Of a stretch of 64,000 nucleotides of DNA, positions 54,503 to 64,000 are shown piece after piece. Every line of letters begins with the position of its first letter. Position 1 is the stretch's first letter. Where the stretch lies: positions 39,182,642 through 39,246,641 of the forward strand of contig NC_068989.1 in the NCBI RefSeq assembly GCF_001194135.2, read 5' to 3'. The position numbers and the translations under genes were made by a program. The notes beneath the pieces are model-generated. The model was not told the DNA's origin and ran no database searches. It saw only the letters and a program-made list of their open reading frames with translations. Origin of the DNA: Octopus bimaculoides. Taxonomy: Eukaryota.

Positions 54503-55800
54503 GTTTTTATCCCTCTATCATGGTCTTGCCTCTCAAGATCTGGCATAAAGCTACGTCCCTCAGTATACACCCACTCCCAATCAAGGGGTCTAATCTTGCA
54601 AGCTGCTTGTCAATTTCATAGTGCTGGTAAGTCAAAAATTACCCAGTACACTCAGTAAAGTGGTTGGCATTAGGAAGGATATTCATTTGTAACAGACGTT
54701 GGAGCTTGACGCAATCCTTGACCTGTTGGATCCTGTGAAACCATTCAACCCATACCTCTATAGATTATGAACACTAAAGGATGGGCTATAGTAGACTACT
54801 GTTAACAACTGTAAACATTGAAAGGTCAACACACAAGGCATTTCTTTCCTTTTTTTTTTGTAATATTCTTTAATGTTGTTGAAAATGTAAAAGACAGATG
54901 AAAGAAATATGAAAAATATAAACCTAATTGTCTTTCTATGTTACAAATTCATTATCCTTTTTATATTTCTTGTTATTATTAAAGCCCTGTGACAAATAAA
55001 TGAAAACATCATTATCAGCAACAAGAGCTGTAGATTTGCAGAATCATTAAGCTAGCCTGTACTAAGCTAGCCATTTCTTTTTCGTGATTTCTAAGCTAAG
55101 AAACTTCTCTAGATTTTTAACAGTTCTTCATTGTTTACTTTCATCTTACTTGTATTATTAACATGCTCATTTTTCAATTTTCTTGTAGTGAAGCTAGCCA
55201 TTTTCTATTCTTCAATTTCACCATTGTCCTTTGCTGCTATTTCAATTCCCTTGTGGCAAAGCCAGCCACTCTTTGACCTCTCCTGGCTATAAGACTATAA
55301 AAACACATGGCTTTCCTCTCAAATCTTCTTTCTTGCTGTGCTGTGCTATTTGACACCATCATATCACAGCACGAAATATCCAGCTGCTAAGCTAAGAAAT
55401 TCTCTCACTTTTTAATCGTTCATCATTTCTCTTCATTTATTTAACTTGTATTACTAACATGCCAAATGATCCTTAGTTAAATGAACTTCGTAACCTTAAC
55501 GCGAAGCTAGCCTGTACTTCCATTTCTTTTTTGCAACATGCCCACCCTTCCCCTACTCCTACCACCAATACTGGAAATCCTTTCTCTCTTACTGGAAGTC
55601 CCTTCTTTCATACCAGAAATCCTTTCTCTCACATGCCAGTAATCCCTTCTCTCGTATACCGGTAATCTCTTCTCTTTACCATGAAATCTCTTCCCTCATA
55701 CTGAAAACTCGCACAGAACTCTGCCTCACTTCTGCACCAGTAGCTCTACATACCTCCATCCCTAAATCTCTTCCAAACCATCTCCCTCTCCCTCTCCCCA

Positions 55801-55845
<45 letters not shown>

Positions 55846-56249
55846 NNNNNNNNNNATGATATGGGGAAAGTTAGAAGAAAAAAAGAAAAAATGCACATTG
55901 GATATAAAAAAAATAAAGACTTTTTTTATGAAAAGTAACGATAAATATATACAATTAGATGAACTGAGATAAAATTAATAGGAAGAAAAGTCATTATTTT
56001 GATTTGTTAATGAGATTCAAAGTCACACCGGTATCATCAAATGCTGTTCACTGGCTTTAAATGAGCACCGATTTCCAAACGGTGTCGGGTCTACTAGTCC
56101 CTGAGTAAAAAGATTATGTGTAAGGGAGGTAAGTAGTTCTGGACGTAGTGCAATTAAGGTAGATATAATAAAGTAATATGAATGGTGTATGGGATGCATG
56201 GGAGTTAGTGGTATTATTGGTAAGGTTAGTAGTGTTATACCATAGACAG

Positions 56250-56665
56250 GGTGATTAGAGCAAAGAAACAGGCCTGGAAGAATGGGAGCAGCAGGGAACC
56301 TTTCGAACATTGGGCCTGATGCAGGCAAAGTAGCTGAGTTCCTTTTCAGTGTTGGGCCTCACAGAGGCAATGACCAAGACCTTTGTCATTATGCCATGCT
56401 TGAGAAGAAGACCCATCAAGCCAAGCAAAATCGCAGTCATGGCAGATGCTGGTGTCACGCAAATGGCACCCATGCCGGTGACACATAAAAGCACCCATTA
56501 CACTCATGGACTGGTTGGCATTAGGAAGGGTATCTGGCCATAGAAAACCATGTCAAACGAGACTGGAGCCTGGTGCAGCCTTCCAGCATGTAAGCATGGT
56601 CGAACCATCCAACCCATGCCAGCATGGACAATGAACCTTAAATGATGATGGTGATGATGATGATT
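56250..56665 (+). mobile_element. Longest family A copy, with upstream RTE-like sequence
   Basis: Extends the family A 3' block by ~200 bp upstream; ends in (GAT)n. Confidence 0.7.
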
Positions 56666-57066
56666 AAATATCAGAAAAACCCTATGTGACATTTATTACA
56701 GTTTTTTTTTTTTTTTGTTCTGAGTTCAGATCGTGCCATGCTCAGATTTACCTGGGCTTGATGACTTAATGTACTAGTCAAGTACTTGGGTTAATTTAAT
56801 CAACTAGCTTTTCCCATATTTCAGACCTTTCACCTATGCTAGAAACTTTTATCAGAATCATTAAGGTATCTGGAAAAATTACCTCATTGTATTTGTCCTG
56901 CTTCTTTATGTTCTGAGTTCAAATCTCTCTCAGGTCAATTTGACCTTTAATCCGTTCAGGTTTAATAAAATAAAGTAACAGTCACGTACTGGTCTTGATG
57001 GGAATAACTGACCTTAAAATTACTTGCCTTATATCAATATTAGAAACTATTATTATTATCGTTATT

Positions 57067-57631
57067 TGATGAAAACTCTCAGTGCATTTTGATGGCTATG
57101 ATGGAAATTGTCAGCTGCCCTCTGCCAGCAGACTAAAGTAACACTTGTTCACTGACCATGCTTCAAGAACCCTGCAGAGAACTATTGCAGTTCCAAGCAA
57201 TGATGATTTTTGTAGGTATTCTGTCTTTACATTTGTACGACACCAATCGTTTTGAGCCATGTTGGTAGTTGATTGCTGATACTTCCAAGTGTGCTAATTC
57301 CTACTGATATCATGTCCACTCTCTTCATTGCCCACATCCTTCATATTTCTCACTTCATCATTGTCGTTCAGTTTTTCTTCTTTCTTTTCATTCCTGTTGT
57401 CACTGGGACATGCTATGTCAATTATCCTGAATGTTTTTTTGTTTTCTATTCACCACAATGTCAGCTCTCTAATGTCTCATCTGATGGCCACTCTGAATCA
57501 TTGCATCCCACAGGATTTTGCAATCTTCATTCTCAGTAACTCCTTTTGGGGCCATATCACATCTTTGATCTTTCTAGGCCATAATTTCCAGAGCTCACAA
57601 TGGATTATTTTTGCCACATTGTCATGTTGCC

Positions 57632-57633
<2 letters not shown>
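57067..57633 (-). mobile_element. R4/Dong-like non-LTR retrotransposon 3' fragment (REL endonuclease)
   Basis: Minus strand reads across frameshifts RQHDNVAKIIH...ENEDCKILWDAMIQ...DIVV...IIDIACPSD...KSSLLGTA..VLEA, the RHD / PD-(D/E)xK REL pattern of R4/Dong. Flanked by (TAA)n on both sides. Confidence 0.75.
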
Positions 57634-57706
<73 letters not shown>

Positions 57707-57709
<3 letters not shown>

Positions 57710-58036
57710 TAGTCTTATTTTTATCACGTGCTTTCACTGCACAAGTGAGCACAACTCTGTGTGCCTTGGGTGTGTGCTGTGGTTTGTTGTGGTGCTCTTA
57801 TTTTCACTGTATTGAAAGTGTTTTACATAGGATGAGTGCAGTGCCTAGTAGTGCTATTTTCCGTATGTTATATATACTTGTTAGTTCTGGTGCTTTTGTT
57901 ATGTATTTGTCTGAATGTTTTTAAATCATACCTAATGCGCCTACTATGATAGGAATTGTTTCTGTTTCTAGGCTCCACATTCAAGTTACTTCTATTTCCA
58001 AATCTTCTGTTACCTCTATTCCCAAATCTTCTATCA
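57707..58036 (-). mobile_element. Second R4/Dong-like 3' fragment, different family
   Basis: Minus strand: EDLEIEVT*MWSLETETIPIIVGALGMI...KIALLGTALILCKTLSIQ*, then a short 3' UTR. Flanked by (TAA)n arrays at 57634-57706 and 58051-58132. Confidence 0.75.
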
Positions 58037-58048
58037 TCATCATCATCG

Positions 58049-58132
<84 letters not shown>

Positions 58133-58931
58133 TTAGGCAGCAAGCTAGCAAAATTATTAATGAGTTAAAAGTAGTGCCATCTCTTTCTGGCAAATTATAT
58201 TCTGAGCTCAAATCCCACTTTCATCCTTTTGGGCTTGATGAAATAAAGTACCAGGCAAGTACTGGAGTCAGTGTAATTAGCTTGCACCACTTCCCTCAAA
58301 GGTTTTGGCTCTGGCCAAAATTCGAAAGAATTATTATTACTATTATTAAAGTAATAGGCTGGCAAAATTTCTAGCTCATCAAACAGAATGTTTAGTAGCA
58401 TTTCTTCCACCTCTTTACTTTCTGAGTTCAGATTCTACCGAGGACAATTTTGCTTTTTATCTTTTTGGTAGTCCATAAAATTAATATCGGTTGAGCACTG
58501 AGGATGATGTAACTACCTCCCACTCCAAAAATTGCTGGTCTTGTGCCAAAATTTGAAACTGTTACAATTATCATTAATTTATGAAGACTGATGTTACTCT
58601 TCATGAAGGTAAACACAATAAGAATAGCATAACATAATTTTAATAAACAGAGATTAACTTTGCTTTTGTATTGAACAATATGTTCAGTGTGTGTCTGTCT
58701 TCCTCTAGTACAAAATGAAAAATGCACAGAAATACAGAAATTCAATGAATAATTCACAGAAATATAAAAATTCAACATTTGAACTGGAATGTCTTGTATA
58801 CATTTTTGACAAAATGATATCTCCAATTTTTGCTTTTTCATCACTGGTAACAAGGAAAAAGAAAAAAAAGAGAACATTTAGTTAAAAAGTCTTGTGTAAA
58901 TGTGATGGAATTCACCTGTTATTTTGTTTGT

Positions 58932-59760
58932 TCATCTAGAGCATGACATTAGTAATTCACTAATATATTTATCTTCCTGTGTTTTGAGGACTGAAAGTGC
59001 AGCGGAGTCAGGATATTTTCTGAGAATGTGTCCTTCCAAGTGTTTCTCAAATTTACAGCTGTTTGATGTAGAACGTTCAGCAAGTTCCACCAAACTGCTA
59101 TTATTGTACATGATGTTGTACCCATGACTATTGAATCTTTTATTCAATTTTTCTGTTGTGCAGCCAACATAAATCAAGTTGCTTTTAGTGCATTCCTTGG
59201 TGTACACCAAATGGGAATTGTCACAAGTTCCATTGTCTGTATAAATCATAAATCATAACATTTGTGATAGGGTTGACTTGACTCATATTGTTGTACAATG
59301 AATAGAGCTCACCTCTCTTGTGGCTATATTTTCAATACACAATCCAGAAAGTCTAATGAAGTTTTCATTGGGATTAGAGCTAGTATTTAATAACTCTCTT
59401 ACATTTTTATTGCACATAGACTACAATAAGCAGACAAGGTAATATGTGTCTGAAATGAGGATATTTTTCTGAAATATGCTGGTAACTTTCATGCAGTGCT
59501 TTTGAAATGGTAGTGAAATTTTGATGCCAGTTAATCACTAAAGGAATTTGGACATAAATTTTGCTTTGGTTTCTAAAATTAGGTGTGAAAGTTTGACTCT
59601 CCTTGCTAAGTTTGTTTATGTCATTTACAATTTCCTTTAATCATTGATTCACTATAACCACATTCAACATAATAATGTTGCACAAAAGCATTTGTATGTT
59701 TCCAATAATCCCATATGTCAGTACATATCTGTTATATCCTCAAGAACTTGGACTTCAGGT
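58932..59760 (-). mobile_element. Penelope-like element remnant (RT C-terminal linker + GIY-YIG endonuclease)
   Basis: ORF 58932-59249: TCDNSHLVYTKECTKSNLIYVGCTTEKLNKRFNSH (GIY-YIG pattern LVY...C..C...YVGxT...LxxRFNxH). Upstream frame PLVINWHQNF...KNVRELL matches the PLE thumb/linker pattern. Confidence 0.8.
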
Positions 59761-62700
59761 TTGACTTAATTGTATGATGTCATCCCGTATACATCTTCAG
59801 CAACACCCTGGAATCAAGCCATCTCCATCAGAAATTAGTCCTCAAAACACATAAGAACAAATTTATTTGTGAATTACTAGTGTCATTCCCAGGAGAAATG
59901 AACAAAATAACAGAAAATCCCATCACATTAGCACAAAACCTTTTGACTAAGTGTTCACTATCCTACTTTCTTTTTTCTTTTTTTCTTTTTCTTTTATAAT
60001 AGTTATAGAAAAGGGAAAATTGAAGATGTCATTCTGTCTAAAATGGAAGGCAGGATATTTTGCTTCAAAATTTGAATTTCTGTATTTCTATGTATTTTTC
60101 GTTTTTGATTTTGATCCCAAGGACAACATACACACTTCAAATTTTGTTGAATTCAATAAACACTCACTCTCTATTGATTCAAATAATATAACAATCTTCT
60201 TGTTGTGTATGTGTGTGTGTGGGGGTGTTCTTGTTGTTTTCTTATCCAAGTTACACTGACCATAAATATCACCATTGTATAAGTTTACATAATTTTCATA
60301 AATTTCTAAGATAAAATTTTGGAATTTTATTTAGGTTTGTTTGAGATACTCTCTAAATAAAACTCACAGTATCTCTATTTATTAAATGAGATATAGCTAT
60401 TGCTTTACTCCATTGACTGCAGTGGCGTGCAGCCAAATACTATATGTAAAATGTCTGATATTTGAAAAGAAGGGAATGCTAGGACGTGCCCATGGCAGCT
60501 GTGGATCAGTAGCAGAGAAGATAGGTTTGCCTCAAAAGTTTTTGCTAATCTAAGTGGAAAGAGAAAATTTAAAAGAAATTTTTTGGGAGAAGTATAGCAG
60601 TAATATTATGACGCCCTGTAACAACACCATAGTCGGCAACAATACCAAAACTGAAAATGATAAAAGCAACACCAAGAACAATTTCGATTTTATTTCTTTT
60701 AACATGATATAATTTCCAGCTCAGCCAGTCTCAGGGAAGAGCAGCAATATGAACTATAACAATAACAATTACTAAACAATTACAAAACTTGAGAAGGAAA
60801 TAGCACCACCAACATGTAGATGTTTACAGCAAGGTAGCAGAAATTACAGTAACTGATGCCACCTCTGCAATGATAACTAACTAAACCATATTTCCTTTCA
60901 TTTCAACAACCAACAACACATTCACCAGCACCAAAAACAATATTTTTTGCACTTCTGTCACCATTGCTGCAGCTATTTCTGCTATTTCTACTACAACTGT
61001 AGCTGAAGGAACCACAGGTATCTTAAATAAGTACTACAGAAAGATTCCTTTGCAAGATCCACAAAAATAATTGAGCAGATCTTTCTGGAAGAGAAACAAA
61101 CATACCTGAGAGAGGTTCAAATGCTTGTCTTGAGAGGCAAAGTATGGACTGCATTATCTATGTCCCTAGAGTTCTTGGAGAAAATATTCCATAGAACAGT
61201 AATTTATCAGTACATGGAATGCACACACCTAGACCTCATATATTCAAGAGAAAGAGTAGCTGAGAAGGATATGGTGTGACATTGACTTCATCATTTACAT
61301 CAAACATTATGGGATAGCAGAACTGAGATTCTTCTTAGACGGTCCTCCACAAAACCATTCTGCTATTTTACGCAGGAGTGAAGGATTTATTCTCATTCTT
61401 TTATGCATAGAATAGTGAGTGATGTAAGTGAAGGTCTTCTCTTTCATCAATAATGCCAGCACAGTGAGTGAGAAAAGAAAGAAGAAATTAAATATTCTGA
61501 AACAAGGAATGATTAAGTAATTGCCTTCTATGTTCTGGGATGAAATTCTGTTGAGAGTGACATTGTCTTTCATCCTTCCAAGGTTTCACCAGCCACTACC
61601 AGGATGAATTTTCATCTTCCTCTGATATATTTATATTGTATCTTTAAATACAGTATATCCATAAGAGTTTTTTATCTCAGAGGAAAACCACAGCAACTTA
61701 TCTTTCAGTGGTGTATATACATTAAGTATGATACATAGATGGCTATTTTAATCTAGCACAGCTTCATTTACATACACAAGAATAATGACAATTATTTTGT
61801 ATTGATATTATTATTGATAATCTTGCTTTTGTATTTGGTTCAATGATCCTTGATATGCAACCATGTGTTAAAACAGATTTTGTAGTATCATAGAAGGATC
61901 ATTATGATTATAAGAAACACCAGAATTTCACATCTTTTATTAAAATTATTGGTCAATCTGTTAAAAAAATCTCCAGTTAACAAATCAATTGTTTGATTAA
62001 CTATCTAGTTAATCAATTAATCAATTAGTTTCATCAGTCCTTTTGTCACTGATAGCAAATGGTAATAAAGCAACTCTGATGAACTTAGCTGATTTACTAG
62101 AATGATTAATTGAACAATCGATTAGTTAACTGGCTAAATGGTTAACTAGTTGACTAATAAGCGAAGTGAAATACAACTAGTGTGTGTGTTTCTTATTGGT
62201 ATAATGACTTTCCCAAGATAAAACAAAATATCATTGATCAAATAGTAACAGTTATTGATAAAAAATAATGACAGTTATTTTTGTCCGCATACATTCATTC
62301 CTGACAAGTAATTGAGAGATTATATATGACAGTATTAACCATTAATTAGTAACTAATTAGCCACTCAAAGTGGAAATGTAGACGTTGATGTCATGCAAGC
62401 TATACTTGGTTGATAGGTTTGGCTATCAACTTGAAATCTAAAGTTTCAGAAGACAGAAAATTATATTGCAAATTATTTAGAAAAGTTGAACTATACAAAC
62501 ATTTTTTATGTAAGTGATTAAACATTGAACTAGAAAGTAAAAGAAAACGAAAATATTAAGTAAAGTTTTAGTATTTGTAACACTGAAAGGAATATGGTTG
62601 GGCCAAAAGTTTTTGGAACAGCAGTTAAATAGATGGTACGTGACATAAATGGTACTACACCTAACTAAATGGATTGTAACACTTAGTTTTATTCCTCTAC

Positions 62701-62898
62701 TTACTATTTAAAACCTCTCTGTTGTTAATTTCTACTTTTCAACCTTGATAGAATGAGAACCAGTCAACTGCTAAGATTTATTGGATTCAATATATCTTTC
62801 CTTTTCAGTATTTGTGGTTTTGTACTTAATTTGAGAATTTAGAGGACTACTACTACTACTAATACTACTGCCGCCGCCACCACCACCACCACCACCAC

Positions 62899-64000
62899 TT
62901 TGGGTGAGAGAGCAATGCATACCATCAAAGTGACACTGGGGTACAAATATACAAAGCCCAATATACCCATTATGACCACCCCTCTGATAAGGGTACACCA
63001 GGCACATGCATCGCAACCATATATGCATGACATAGTGATTTCATATCAAGATAGACAATGCATGACCTTGCAGGTGGAGCCTAGTTCGAATTTTCTTCAG
63101 GTCGAGTAGTCCATCCTGCTTTCAGGACAGCTTCCAAGTAGCGATGGTCGACCCTATCGAATGTTTTTGATTGATCCAAATTAAACAGAGCACCCCTGAA
63201 GCCAGTTTTGGTCCCAGCCTAGGGTCATTCTTACTGCTAACACATCAGTTGCAACGCCCTTTTTAATTGCCTCTTCTAATTTGCTTACTAGTTCACTCTC
63301 TAATCTATTCCTTTCTATTGCTAATTCTTTGCTAAACGCTATTGATTGTGTTCTAACCACCCTCTTCAGGGTGGTCCACCACTGGTTGTTGACGATTCCC
63401 TCTGTCAACTACTGCTTAACTAGTTCACTAATCCAGTCCCTGTAGTCTTTGCATGCCAGAAAGGACGCGTTTAACTTCCAGTAATTGGGTCCCTGTCTGC
63501 TGGTCCTATTGAACTCGACTATGCAACTCATGAACTTGTGGTTTGTGTAGCCAACCAATTTAAACTGTGGACAATCTACACTATCTCTATCCTCTGACCT
63601 AACTAATACTCTATCTAGATACAATCTGGATAACCCATTATGGTTGCTCCATATCTGCACTGGCACATCAGGGAAATCCAGTTGTTACCTATCAGACATT
63701 TGCAAGTCTCTGAGTAGGTTTCCAAGGCTTTTGCATTCCCTTCTTCTGTGTACTAGTCCTACAGAGTCCTTCTGTGCATCCAAAATCACATTCTAGTCCC
63801 CTACTAGTACTAAACTGTGAGACGTTAACAGGAATGTTTCTAGATGCCTGAATAATTCTGGCCTTCCACCCCCTGTCGGGGCATAGACAGCCACCAGTCT
63901 AAAGGTGCCACCTTCACTACCATTCACATCTAGGACCACCAACCTGCCAATCAGGTCCAAGAAAATTGCCTTTACTTCGAGATCTAAGGATTTTCGGAAT
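62899..64000 (-). mobile_element. Tx1/L1-clade LINE, internally deleted, runs off window end
   Basis: APE endonuclease (LVAVYAPT, LVGD*N, SRLYLDRV, GPNYWKLNASFL), linker, then a jump to RT motif GALFNLDQSKTFDRVDHRYL (about 63190-63120), then a 3' UTR ending at (TGG)n/(TAG)n repeats. Confidence 0.85.

Noticed and set aside
147-64000. Most ORFs in the six-frame track (poly-HT, VC, YI, KKER, N/I/L runs, X runs)
   Set aside because: They are translations of microsatellites or N gaps, or short random ORFs without recognisable motifs or splice context.

Overview
AT-rich, microsatellite-dense eukaryotic genomic DNA with four assembly gaps. The repeat families look like those of a cephalopod, probably Octopus; this is recognition from memory, not a database result. 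The window appears almost entirely intronic. The only host coding sequence I can support is one 128-nt internal exon (29441-29568, +) of an M1-family zinc aminopeptidase (APN/ENPEP-like, motif WVKGNxxxxGFYRVNY). The rest is transposon-derived or unique AT-rich DNA. Transposon content: a full-length but inactivated mariner, deleted mariner/Tc1/hAT derivatives, fragments of RTE, CRE-like, R4/Dong-like, Tx1/L1 and Penelope retroelements, several SINE-like families and a probable solo LTR. Most ORFs in the supplied track are microsatellite or gap artefacts. The most unusual object is a ~510-bp loop-less palindrome (41647-42155). It consists of two head-to-head units, each a tRNA-like Pol III promoter head + (AAT)n + a Penelope-type minimal hammerhead ribozyme motif. 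Also notable are two R4/Dong-like 3' fragments sitting in (TAA)n arrays next to SINE tails, and a perfect 34-bp hairpin-unit minisatellite.
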